Assembly (NCBI RefSeq): GCF_009914755.1
Contig: NC_060932.1
DNA from: the human T2T-CHM13v2.0 reference genome, Homo sapiens
DNA length: 64,000 nt
Reading direction: 5' to 3' (one strand)
Shown: in pieces, positions 1 through 12,317 of the stretch
How the letters are laid out: each line of letters opens with the position of its first letter
How positions within the stretch are numbered: the stretch's first letter is position 1
The notes under the pieces: model-generated
What the model was told of the DNA's origin: nothing
Databases searched by the model: none
What the model saw: only the letters and a program-made list of their open reading frames with translations
Translations under genes and position numbers: made by a program

Positions 1-62
1 ATGTTGTCCAGGCTGGTCTTGAACTCCTGGGGTCAAACGATTCTCCTGCCTTGGCCTTCCAA
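1..62 (-). mobile_element. Alu fragment (5' end of an antisense Alu)
   Basis: atgttgtccaggctggtcttgaactcctgg...cctgccttggccttccaaag. Confidence 0.85.
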
Positions 63-119
63 AGAAGACCAAGTGTTTGGTCACACAATGTAATGAGCAA
101 AAATATATCATCAGAACAC

Positions 120-740
120 TGTTAGTGGAGTAAAAACTGCCATAATACTTATGGAGAGTAATTTGGCAATGTTCTCAAAGTCATAAGGTCAAATGCCTTT
201 TGACTCAGAATAAATTCTAATTCTTGGAGTACTTTTACACAAACACAAAATGACATATTTCCAAGGTTATTCATTATAGTCTTACTTATAGCGCAAAATA
301 TTGGACTCTACAAAATGTTCAGCCAAATAAATTATGGTATATACAGTTCATCAAGAGAATAAATAATGGTATATCCATGCAATGATATACTAGCCAGCTG
401 TTAAAAACAATGAGGCAGCTTCTCAAGTATGACTTGGAAAGATATCCAAGAAATACTCTTAAGTGAAATATTCCATGTGCAGAGAAGTATGTCTGATACG
501 GTCTCATTTGCTTAAAAAAATAAACTAGATTACATACCCATATATGCATTATAAGCAGTGACTTTATCCAGAAGTCTACACAAAATTTAAATAGTGGGTA
601 GTCACAGTGGTTACTTCTAAAGACAGGGGCTGAATAACTGAGAGCCAAGGGTGAAGAAAAAATTACTTTTTAGTTGTTTTTTCTTTTGCCCCTGTTGATT
701 TTTCTAATGTTTGTATTACCAGTCAAATAAATTAATAAAT
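120..740 (+). mobile_element. Ancient L1M (L1ME-like) 3' fragment
   Basis: Degenerate L1 ORF2-end/3'UTR motifs (tttggcaat...ccttttgactcag...aataatggtatatccatgcaatg). Boundaries approximate. Confidence 0.6.
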
Positions 741-1087
741 ACCCTTCAGTAATCCCTAGCCATTTTCAATTGCCCTACTTTCTAAATTCAACCTCTCAGA
801 GAATATATAACAGATAAAACTCACAAAGGAAAGCTCCATCAGTTACTTTAGGACCCCACCCCAGGCCCTGCTCAGCTGAAGTAAACCCACTAGACATAAA
901 ATTATTAAATACATAAGTGTAGACTTTAATAAGTGATGCAAGAAGTTCCCATCCAAGAAAACCATCAATCATTTTGACAGATTCTTTGTTGCCTCCCTAA
1001 TATCAATTCTCTCTTTCTTCACAAACATTAGAAACTCTATTTTATATGGAGTGGCTATTTTATATTCCAGTTTAAAAAAAAACTCAC

Positions 1088-1400
1088 AGCTGGGGGCAGT
1101 GGCTCATGCCTGTAATCCTAGCACTCCAGGAGGCCGAGGTGGGCGGATCACCTGAGGTCAGGAGTTTGAGACCAGCCTGACCAACAAGGTGAAACCCCAT
1201 CACTACTAAAAATAAAAATTTAGCCGGGCATGGCAGCAGGCACCTGTAGTCCCAGCTACTCAGGAAACTGAGGCATGAGATTTGCTTGGACCTGGGAGGC
1301 GGAGCTTGCAGTGAGCCAAGATCCTGCCATGGCACTCCAGCCTGGGTGACAGATCAAGACTCTGTCTCAAAAACAAAACAAAACCAAACCAAAAAAACTG
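1088..1400 (+). mobile_element. AluS
   Basis: Full dimeric Alu (gcagtggctcatgcctgtaatcc...gactctgtctc) with A-rich tail. Confidence 0.95.
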
Positions 1401-1566
1401 AAAAACTCACATTTCTCTGTCTTCCTTATAGGGAGTAATGGATGGTATAAGAGATAAGTAGAATTTGTGGGTAGGGATTCCAGGAGAGTTTTTGAAGAGA
1501 GATAAGTGAAGTGGAAGAAATGTCCTTGACTGTTGCCCTTCCTCTTCCTATAACGTAGACTGTGGT

Positions 1567-1942
1567 TGTCTGAGTCCATTTTGTGCTTCTGTAAAAGTAT
1601 ATCACACGCTGGGTGACTTTTAAGAAAGGACACTTATTTTTCATGGTTCTGGAGGTTGAGAAGTCCAATATCAAGGTGCTGGCATCTGGTGAGGGCCTTT
1701 TTGCTGCATCATCCTATGGTGGGAGGCAGACAGGCAAAAAATGCATGCATGCAAGAGAGCAAGAAATGGAACTCACAGCCTCGAGCCCTTTAATAATTGG
1801 CATTAATGCATTTATGAGGATGAAGCCCTCATGACCTAAACACTACCCACTAGGTCCCACCTCCCAACACTGTTGCACTGGGTATTAAGTTTACAAAACA
1901 CATTTTTTTTCTTTTTTTAAGGAGCACATTCAAGTCACAGCA
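1567..1942 (-). mobile_element. MST-family (MaLR) solo LTR
   Basis: TG...CA ends, ggttctggaggttgagaagtccaatatcaaggtgctggcatctggtgaggg core, TSD gtggt/gtggc. Confidence 0.8.
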
Positions 1943-2349
1943 GTGGCCATGATAGCTAGAGTTTCAGAAGCCATTCTGTGACCTGGAGCATGGAAAGAAA
2001 GTGCTAAGGTTGGTTGAACTGAAGGAGAGAAGGGGGTTGTGTCCTTCATAAATTCATGGAGCCACACCTGATCACCTATGTCTCAGCTTTATGTAAGAAA
2101 ACAAACCCCTAATTTGTAAAGCCACTACAGTTAGATTTCTGTTTTTAAGCAAGGAAACAGTTTACGGCACTCTTCTTTTTAAAATTATTCAGTACTCAGC
2201 AGCCATTTGAATGTTTAATAGAACAAGGCATTATACTGGCACTAAAGAACTGTGAAAATGACAAGAAGAGGGTTCTCACTCTGGGGATATTTATTGACCA
2301 AATGCTGCATAACCACTGAGAACAGGATACATCTCTCCCTCCTTCACTT

Positions 2350-2510
2350 TTACCTACATTTCCTCACTTAATCCTCACAATGAGGTTAGTCTCATTTTTG
2401 TAGATGATGAAAATAAGATTCAGAAAGGATAAATAATTGGCCAAACTACTAAATATCAGAGCCATGATTCAAATCCAGGTATGACCGATTATAAAGCCCA
2501 CACTCTTACC
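2350..2510 (-). mobile_element. MIR
   Basis: cacttaatcctcacaa...tttgtagatgatgaaaataagattcaga...gagccatgattcaaatccagg. Confidence 0.7.
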
Positions 2511-3684
2511 ACCAATTTATCTTTGTATTTCCAATAGTTTTTGCCCCAAGTGGTTTATAGCAATGCTCTTTGGCACATAAAGTTTCCATTTCATTATGTC
2601 TTCACTATTGATTATACATTTATAATCACCCACTCTCCTATATATAATATTTTTTCTTTAAATACTATTTTCCTTATATTGTTATCCACTCACTTTCTAA
2701 AAATTCATTAAGTCATTTAACATAAATCTGAGCACCAATCATATGCCAATTATATATTGGCAATACCAAATTGAATAAGACATAGTGTATCTTCCAAGTA
2801 ATTAGAGAAGATGTTAACCTACAAAATACTGTATAGCGCTATAATTGGCTAGAATATTTTTAGTCATTAGGTAATGAATGCAAATCACTGCATATCATTG
2901 TTAAATCTACTTTGGTATATTTTATGTTTTAATAGAAAAATGTAAAGCTATGTATTTGCCATGGAGCTTACACATTGGGGTTCATTGCTGTTGTTCATTT
3001 GTTTTCTTACTGTTTCTCTTCCACTATTTCTTTTCCTAAATAGGCTATGTTTTATATTCTATGCCCATTTAGAAGCCAGGCATCTTATTTCTAATTATAT
3101 GAATGATTATCCCAGAGTTTTTTTCACAAACACAAAATATTTATGTAATCAAAACAAAGAGTTTAACTATGTTTTACAGATGGCCAGAAATCTAGTGCTT
3201 ACACTTCTCTCATCCTACTCTCCTCCATTTTCCAGTCTTTATTAATTTATTTTGGTTCCCAAGCCTAGTCACTACCTTGTGTGTGTATGGTGAATTTCAG
3301 TTGTCTTTTTTTAATTCTCTCGTAAGAACCTTTTTTTGTCCTCTGTATTCTAGTTTGTTTCCATAGTTACAGCAATTATTAGCATCAGCGCTTATGTTGA
3401 CCCTTAGTATTTTTATTCATCTGATTTTAAAGTTCAAGGAAAGCTGAATGATGATTCTCTGGGGACCCCTGCATTGGGTGGGAAGCTGAAATAAACTTCT
3501 AAACCCCCTCCCACTCCAAAGTACTTTATAATTGTACAACAGTGTATATAAAGTGTTCATACACACACCATGCATATATATTTCAATAACACAAAGAACT
3601 TGCAAGTTAGTTGGCTTGCTTATACACTCTTTAGACCTTGAAAATGTTAACAACAAAACACCAAAAAGGTAGTAGAAGGATCTA

Positions 3685-3895
3685 GTGGTATAGCTGTTTA
3701 GAACATAGGCTCTACAGCCAGACTGTCTTGGTTCAAATCTGGATTCTGACACTCATTACTGTGAGACCTTGGGCAAATCACTTAGCCTCTTTGTTCTTCT
3801 TCCTCCTCATCTGTGAAATGGAGATTATCGTTCCTTAGAGGATTGTTCTGAGCCTTAAATGCAATCAGACACCTAAAGCCATTGCAAGAGTGCCA
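3685..3895 (+). mobile_element. MIR
   Basis: ggttcaaatctggattctgacactcattactgtgagaccttgggcaaatcactt...catctgtgaaatgg. Confidence 0.8.
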
Positions 3896-5479
3896 CAATC
3901 AAAAGTTCTTTCGATAGTAGTCTTTTATTATGCTCGGTTGTTTCTTCAGCACAGTGGCATTTTTATTAATATACTGGTAACTGCCATGTATACCTTTCTG
4001 CACATTCCAAGACTAACCCTCTCTCATTCTTGATAATTCCTAAATGATGATTCTGATGGATGAAATGGGAGATGCCACTTCTTTACTTCCCTCAAAAGTC
4101 CTGCAGGGATTATCCAGGGAAGATAGTCACAACCTAGCCAAGCAACAATATCTTTCTGTGGCTCAGATTTTAAAATTGCAACTGCATTCAATTGGTTTGT
4201 TGATCTGCCCAAGAGCCAGTTTTTTTGAGGTTCTAAGTGCACTGCTGGAAAGGCAGGCAGTTGATTCTGTCCACAAAACTTGTCACAGAAAACAGCAGCT
4301 AAGCCAGGAACATCTTACCTGGAAAAGAAACTTATCCCACCTGTACATGATGTTACCGCAGTCTCCTATGGAATGCATTGACCTCATGCTGTTCAAGTCC
4401 CAGCGAATCAACACCAGCACTAGAACTTCAGCCATGTGCGAGTACCCTACAGCCAGTAGTGATTGGTGCATGGCAGCCCATATCTTCAGAGCTTTATAAA
4501 GGGGACATTCTAAAGGCAGCAGGTATTAACTGAGTATTATTTGGTACACAATGGTAAATCGTGTGTGCAAATAACACTAGCTACATTGGTACCTCTTCCA
4601 TATTCCAATGATATCATTTATATTTGATCCAATTACAGTGGGAGGAGGGGCAGACAGCAAACACATGAACGAGTACACATACACTATGCAAGATGCTAAT
4701 GTAATAAGGGATATGGAGAGAAATAAGTAGGGGTGGGTCTTGGGAGTAGTGTGTTGGGGAGGTAGTAAGATTTGCCACACATATATTTGTTTGATTTTTG
4801 AGATGTTGAAAGAGAGAGAGGATGACGTCCTGTGAATGTGCTTCAAGTCCTTATCAGCTTGTTACTCTGGAAACGTGGTGAATCTATTCCGAGCCTCTGT
4901 TTTCTTCTCTGCAAAAGATGGCCAATAATCCTGGAGTTTTGGATGGTATGGGGAAGAAGAAAATGCCTGATGCATCCCTGCCCTCCTCACATTTTTAGAA
5001 GAGACAGAGACTTGATCTACTTCTTAGGAAAGGGCAAGACTGAAAGAAAATTCAGGTCCATCTCAGTGGCTCCCCACCACAGGTGGAGAGGCTACTACTA
5101 ATCAGACTGATGCACACTACCAGTGGGTGCCTTAAAAGAACGACAGACTCCCAGCCTCTCTCTTGGCCTGTGGACATAGACCTGTTTGCCTCACCTGGCA
5201 GGTCCAGCCAGGCGTCTTCTCTCTCAGTTCCAGACAAGGCATCTGACGGTGTGGATCAGCCAGTTTAGACCCAGGGTCCCTCTATTTGAAATTCAGGGCA
5301 AAAGGGGTAGAACAAGCCCCCATTTCAGCTGGAGGAAGTGTGGCTTTTGGCACAGTTTTAGCACCAATAGAGTTGATTATTTTGATCATCATTTGGCAAT
5401 AGTTCCTTATATCCTTTTTTCAAGCAGATTTCTGGACAAGAGGAACCCAGTCAGAACCTTTTCCAGAAGTATTAAGTAA

Positions 5480-6012
5480 CATAGTAAATATGACCGCACC
5501 TGCTTTGACACTCCTCCTATTGACAAGTGAGTCAATTTCTCCTCTTCTTTAATCTGGAGGAGCTCTGAGACTGCTTTGACCAGTGGAGCACATGGCAGAA
5601 ATGATGTTGCTCCAGTTTCTAGGCCCAGACTTTCAGAGACTAGTAGCTTCCACTTCCTGTCTCCTGGATGCTCATTCTGGGTTGGGGGGGCGGTGGTGCC
5701 AGCAGCTATGTAAGAAGTCTCACTATCTGAGATCACCATGCTGGAGGAAGCCCAGGTCAACCACATGGAGACACTGTACAGAGGGAGCTGCTCCAAGAAT
5801 CCTCAACTGATCCAGCCATCTCAGCCTAGGGGTTGCAGTCAGGTGAGTAGAGCCTTCCAACGACTGACAATTTAATTGCAACCATACGGAGGTATCCCAA
5901 AAAGAGCTGCTCAGCTGTGCACATTAATCCCCAGAATGGTAAGAAAGAATACTTTTTTAAAGTTATGAAGCTTTGGATGGTTTCCTACACAATAGATGAT
6001 CAGCATATACAC
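5480..6012 (+). mobile_element. MLT1F/G-like LTR
   Basis: ctttgacactcctcctattgac...ctatctgagatcaccatgctggaggaagccc...tttggatggtttcctacacaatagatgatc. Confidence 0.65.
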
Positions 6013-6674
6013 AATGCCTAAAGAATGCTCACTGTATGCCCAATACATAATATTATTATGTGATTTACTCAAACTCAAAAACAAGTTTGCTGTTGGACAG
6101 GGTCAAGAACAAAAACAGGGTTGAACTCTTAGCTCAGAGTTCTCTCTGCTACACGTAGTTCTTCTCTTACTAATCAATGGGAGTTGCTTGTAACCAGCCA
6201 CTATATTTTCTGGGAAACATTTGTATGCATCCTAGCTGTCTTTTCTATCAGGAAATGCATCTCTTCCTACCAGTTTATGCTGATAGCTACTTCAACATCT
6301 GACTCTACAGTAGTCATGACTGTGATGCCTTCTCCTATTTGTTGATCCTACATTGCCAGGTGGCTTTTCCTCCCAACAAATATTGATGCTGGTGGAGGAA
6401 CTGATACAAAGTAACAAGAGAAACCACCACCATCCACTTTGCAGGAAGTGAGGTCAGTGTGGATCCTTTCCTTGGCTTCACATTCCCTACAGACGACATC
6501 CACCTCTCTCCTTAAGATATGAGCTAGGTCTAGTAATAAAGCATTTTTTTTTTTTTTTGCCTTATTTCAAGTGCTTATCTGAAAACCAGATCTTACAGAA
6601 ATTTGGTCTCCAATGTTAAAAAGGAGAATATAAATATGGTTTGAGAGAGGTATCTTTGAAAGTACACACCTTTA

Positions 6675-6974
<300 letters not shown>

Positions 6975-7990
6975 AAAGTACAGACCTTTAATGATGGAAC
7001 CATCTAATTTCAATGGTCTGTGCTTATTTTCTTATGCAGTTTATGTCTGGTCCCATGTTTACAGACATTTTAATTAGGCTAGGGAATGGGTAGAGGTGTG
7101 AAATAATGATCTCAGAATACTATAGCAAGAAGAGTCGCTTTGGATCATCTATTTCCTGGATTGTCATTTTTTACCCAGGAGGTTGGTCACTCAATGGAAG
7201 GGTAAAATATCACTACGTGGGAGGAGATCAAAGAGACTTTAGAGATGCAGCAACACTGGATTTGTGGGCGGAACAGAATAAAACTAGCAGCTGTGTATCC
7301 CCAGGAAGGGAAACTGCTCTGTCCCAGAGGGAGGTGAACAAGGTTTTGGGAAAAGAGAAAGGTCCAGGTACCCAGACAATAATTAGAATCTCTGAATCCA
7401 GAGAATGAGATAAAAGATCCAAATTTATAAAATGGAAGAAAATGCTAGGTGGTGTGTTCTCTTTTCATTTCTACCATTTCTGTCATCTGAAGAGCAGAAA
7501 AATAATTATTCTGAAGAAAAATGCACCTGACAAATTTCTGTTTCCATGTGAAAATGAAGAAAAAGACAGATTTAGGAAAAACGTATAAAAAATTTCTGTT
7601 CCATTGCATCACAAGTGTTTAAATTTCTTCGCTAAGAAAACAAATGCATTAAGATTGTGAAATGCAAGTGTAGTACGTTTACAGCTTTCTTCTAGTAGTC
7701 ACTCCATTTGGACTGGAGAAGCCCTTAATTGGTTTCTGTCTTCTCCCTAATCAAAAATCACTTCAGCTCGAGGGTGTGACATGAAGACAATAGAAAAACA
7801 TGCTTAAAACAAAACGAAACCATGCCTCTTTTTTTTTTTTTGAAACTTAAACCCAAACAGAGAGCTTTAATTTACATCAAGCTCTCTGAGCCTCTTTATA
7901 ATATAACTTAGCCCTACTAACTGAAATCTAAAATATACTGCTCTTAAGAATTCTGTTAACAGTGTTTCAACACATTTTGTATCTGTTTTA

Positions 7991-8312
<322 letters not shown>

Positions 8313-8384
8313 TGTATCTGTTTTATATCTGTCCTCTCCAGAACCCTGTAGATTGTCTCTCACATATGGGGTTAGGGTCACACA

Positions 8385-8693
8385 ATTTTTTTCTTCTTTT
8401 TTTTTTTTTGAGACAGAGTCTCACTATGCCGCCTAGGCTGGAGTGCAGTGGCGTGATCTCGGCTCACTGCACCCTCTGCCTCCCAGGTTCAAAGCATTCT
8501 CTTGCCTCAGCCTCCTGAGTAACTAGGATTATAGGTGCGCACCACCACACCCAGCTAATTATTTCTATTTTTAGTAGAGACGGGGTTTTACCATGTTGGC
8601 CAGGCTAGTCTCAAACTCCTGACCTCAAGTGATCCACCCACCTAGGCCTCCAAAAGTGCTAGGATTACAGGTGTGAGCCACCATGCCCAGCCA
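8385..8693 (-). mobile_element. AluS, antisense
   Basis: Poly-T then gagacagagtctcac...gtgagccaccatgcccagcc. Confidence 0.95.
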
Positions 8694-9380
8694 GGGGCAC
8701 ACTTTTAAAATGTGTGTGTGTTTGTGTATGTGTGTAAAATAAACAAGCAAAGGAGGAGGATAAATGTTTCCTGGCATCCAATACCACTGGAGTCAACTAA
8801 GCTGAAATGAGAAGGGTGAGGAACAACCCACACTGTATATACCTGCCACAGATAGGAAAGAGGAGAGAACAGGTTTTAAATTGATGGACTCTGGCATCCA
8901 GGGCAGAAATGGAAGTTCCTCTAGTCTAAAACAGGGATCACAACACTCATTCAAGGCTGGAGGGGCCCTTGGAGAGAACAGAAAGAGAAGAAAAAGAAAA
9001 GAAGATGGGGAAAAAAGATGCTGCCATGAGAGGCAACCCGACCAGGTAACACACTATTCAATGAAAGCCCCCACAACAAGTGTGCTACTGTTGGTGGCAG
9101 CAAGATCACTCACAGATCACAGGAGGGAGGTAGTCCAGTCCCCTATCATTTACATGTCAACTATGTAGCCCCCAAAATTAAAATTAAAAATAAACAAATG
9201 AAATAATTTAAGAACTGAAAAAAAAGCCCACTGAGGACATACGTGTGAAATAATAATTTTAAAAAATCAGCAAGGCAACTGGAACTGAGATTTAAAAGAG
9301 AGCTCTGAATGAACTTGGGGTAATATGGAGGAAATCTTCTTAGAGAAGCCTATTTTGAAGTGGGTTTTAAAGAGAGATTG

Positions 9381-9528
9381 AGGCCGGGCATGATGGTTCA
9401 TGTCTGTAATCTCAGCACTTTGGAAAGCTGAGGTAGGAAAAATTGTTTAAGCCCAGAGTTTGGGACCAGCCTGAGCAACACAGTGAGACCCCATCTCTAT
9501 TACAAATAAATACATAAATAATAAAAAT
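9381..9528 (+). mobile_element. Alu left monomer (FLAM-like)
   Basis: Single arm with A-rich tail; TSD aaagagagattg (9369-9380 / 9529-9540). Confidence 0.85.
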
Positions 9529-9829
9529 AAAGAGAGATTGGCATGGATGTGAGCATGGAGCAGTACCCTGGAAGAATTCCAGACTGTGTGGCTGACCACA
9601 GTCCAGAAGTGAAACTTCAGATGAAACGTACCAGGCCTTATCCATTTGAAGAAGTAACTTCCGAACATTTACACTGTGTTCCATGGTAGCCCCTGAGGAT
9701 ACAAGTATGAGTAAGGCACCATCTGGTCCTTTTAGGAATCCCTAAGTTAATAGGGAAAAAAATGTGTAAACAAATAATTATGATACAGCAGGGCAAGTAT
9801 GGGAAAAAAAAGATTACCGCCCAAACCCA

Positions 9830-10060
9830 CTGTGTGATTATTGTGTGCCAAATACAATAACCTTATATTTATCTCATTTAATATTCCCAAGCACCCTATC
9901 AAGTAGGTACTATTATTATAGAGATAAGGACATTGAAAGGAGAATAATTTGCTCAAGCAAATGTAATCGTTCAAGGTCACTCACATAAGTATGTGGTGGA
10001 GCTAGGCTTTAAAGCCACATCTTCTGGATTCAGGGCTATAGACTTTTAACCACCATGCAA
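9830..10060 (-). mobile_element. MIR
   Basis: atctcatttaatattcccaagcaccctatcaagtaggtactattatt...ttcaaggtcac. Confidence 0.7.
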
Positions 10061-10339
10061 TTTTCTATGTAAAATTTGCTATAGAAAGGAAACTAATATT
10101 TATCGGAAACCAAGTGCTTCTTTGTTTAATTCCCTCAATAGTTCTGTGAAGCTGGCACTGTGTCTGTGTTATGGTTGAAGCAATGACATTCAGAGTGGAA
10201 CAGGTTCTTAAGTTTTGTTTGTGAAACTCCAAAGCCGATGTTCCTTCCAGTAAATCAAATCCAAGTGGGAGGATGATGCAACCAACTACCTGAGAGGCCT
10301 TGGAAGACTTAAATGTGGAGAGAGTGAGCTGAATCTAGA

Positions 10340-11220
10340 AGAAAGAACAGAATGTGACCAGTTGAGAAAGAATATTGCAGGTGGTGTGATTAACTGGAGA
10401 AAAGATGCAGAGGCATTCATGAGCACACCCCATGAAGGTGTGGTCAGACATCCAGTGTGGCTGCAGCAGGGCTACCTCACTGAGCTGCAGCCAGGGCCAT
10501 GTGGCTATCTCATGCTTAAGAGTGTGCATGTGTGACTCTGAGTCTAGGGAATGCACAGAGCTTTTTAAGGAGGAGGATGGTACTATCAGATTTGCATTTT
10601 AGACAGATCTCCCTGGCAGCTGTGTGGCATACGGAGTGGAGGGAAGGCAGTAATTGGATTCGTTTAGGTGGCAGAATTGACAGAATGTGGTGAATGAGAG
10701 AGGAGTGTAAGGTGAATTCAAGGTTTCTAGCTTGGGAGCCTGGTGGCAGATTACAAAAACCAAAGAAGAGGAGGGTTTGTTGGTTTGTTTGCTTGTTTGT
10801 TTGTTTGTTTGTTTGTTTTGAGATGGGTCTCGCTCTGTCACCCAGGCTGGAGTACAGTGGCACAACCTCGGCTCACTGTGACCTCTGCCTCTGGGTTCAA
10901 ACCATTCTCCTGCCTCAACCTCCCAAGTAGCTGGAACTACAGGCACCCACCACCACGCCCTGCTAATTTTTGTATTTTTGGTAGAGACGGGGTTTCACCA
11001 TGTTGGCCAGGCTGGTCTCAAACTCCTGACCTCAAGTGATCCACCTGCCTCAGCCTCCCCAAGTGCTGAGATTACAGGCATGAGCCACCACGCCCGGCCA
11101 GAAGAGCAGGTTTCTAGGGGAAAATGTTAAGTTCGGGCTTGTTTGAAGTCTTTGGCACATTGAGCAGTACTATCTATGAGGCGGCTCAAAGAATTTAGAG
11201 ACTTCAGGGAAAATATGGAG
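10340..11220 (-). mobile_element. L2 fragments (split by an Alu)
   Basis: atcagatttgcattttagacagatctccctggcagctgtgtgg...aaggtttctagcttgggagcc, typical antisense L2. Boundaries approximate. Confidence 0.6.
10777..11099 (-). mobile_element. AluS, antisense, with (TTTG)n tail
   Basis: Full Alu; tail converted to a GTTT microsatellite; flanking gaagagga/gaagagca TSD remnant. Confidence 0.95.
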
Positions 11221-11704
11221 TTAAATTTTTGTCATAACATACTTGTCTAAAACTCAAAGAAGAGGAATAAGAACAGGATGAAACAGGAAAATAGTCAATC
11301 TGGCCTAGTTTGTCTTCTTTGTGTTTTGAGGGGAGAAGGGAGATGCTTGCTTTGTATGGGTTTTTTCCCTCTCGCTCTCTTTCTCATATAGTTGGGACTT
11401 ACCGAAAAAACTCATTGCAGGCTTTGAATCCCAGCGACATTCATTCCGCAACATACTAACCACATCCTGGTGATCCCAGCTTCAGAGAGGAGAACACGGG
11501 GACTTGAGTTCACTGTTGCGGTGAAGTCCTGCTCTGGCCCCAGGCAGAAGTCAAGATCAAAGCTCACACTGCAAATATTGTGCTGATTAAAACCAAACTT
11601 TCTGCTTTTGATGTGGGCCAACCTCCATTGCTGGTAGGAACAAAGGAGGAGTATAGCAAAAAGATACTAGCAGTAAGTATAAAACCAGGATGCACTCAAT
11701 TTAA

Positions 11705-11957
11705 AAGACAGAGAAAGAAAAAAAGAGAGCGATGAGGATGGGGGTAGACAGAGAAAGGAAGAACGAAAGAAAGAATGAAAGAAGGAAGGAAGGAAAGAAA
11801 GGAAGGAAGTAAGGAGGGAGGGAGGAAGGAAGGAAGGAGGGAGGGAAGGAGACAAGGAAGGAAGGAAGGAAGGAAGGAAGGAAGGAAGGAAGGAAGGAAG
11901 GAAGGAAGGAAGGAAGGAAGGAAGGAAAGAAGGAAAGAAGGAAGGAACAGAAAGAAG
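11705..11957 (+). repeat. Purine-rich (GGAA)n/(GAAA)n microsatellite; pure (GGAA)18 at 11856-11927
   Basis: Counted directly: 72 nt of uninterrupted GGAA with degenerate flanks. Confidence 0.97.
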
Positions 11958-12052
11958 CTGACATCAGCCCATGCCTAGGGAGTGGTGCAGAGGACCATGT
12001 AACAGGGTAAAGCACAGTCTAAGTGCCATTCTTTTGTCAAGGGCCCGGTTCT

Positions 12053-12317
12053 TTTTTTATTATTATTATTATACTTTAAGTTCTAGGGTACATGTGCACA
12101 ACGTGCAGGTTTGCTACATAAAAATGTATACATGTGCCATGTTGGTGTGCTGCACCCATTAACTGTAAACTAGTTCAACCATTGTGGAAGACAGTGTGGC
12201 AATTCCTCAAAGATCTAGAACTAGAAATTCCATTTGACCCAGCCATCCCATTACTGGGTATATACCCAAAGGATTATAAATCATGCTGCTATAAAGACAC
12301 ATGCACATGTGTGTTTA
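12053..12317 (-). mobile_element. 5'-truncated, 5'-inverted young L1PA (L1PA3/4-like)
   Basis: 12053-12164 is the L1 3' end in antisense (T/TAT tail, tactttaagttctagggtacatgtgcac). 12162-12317 is L1 ORF2-end sequence in sense. TSD tcaagggccc(gg/aa)ttct. Confidence 0.9.

Larger units (their letters stand above)
970..2160 (+). mobile_element. Old MLT1 (J/K-like) LTR interrupted by an Alu and an MST LTR
   Basis: MLT1-like flanks at both ends (ttgacagattctttgttgcctccc...; ...ttagatttctgtttttaagc). Boundaries approximate. Confidence 0.45.

Noticed and set aside
4044-4499. 151-aa ATG-initiated ORF in non-repeat sequence
   Set aside because: No recognisable domain or processed-pseudogene hallmarks (poly-A, TSD). 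The length is within chance range. A BLASTP/PhyloCSF hit would reopen it.
11667-12015. ORFs with PSFL/KEGR repeats
   Set aside because: Translations of the GGAA microsatellite.
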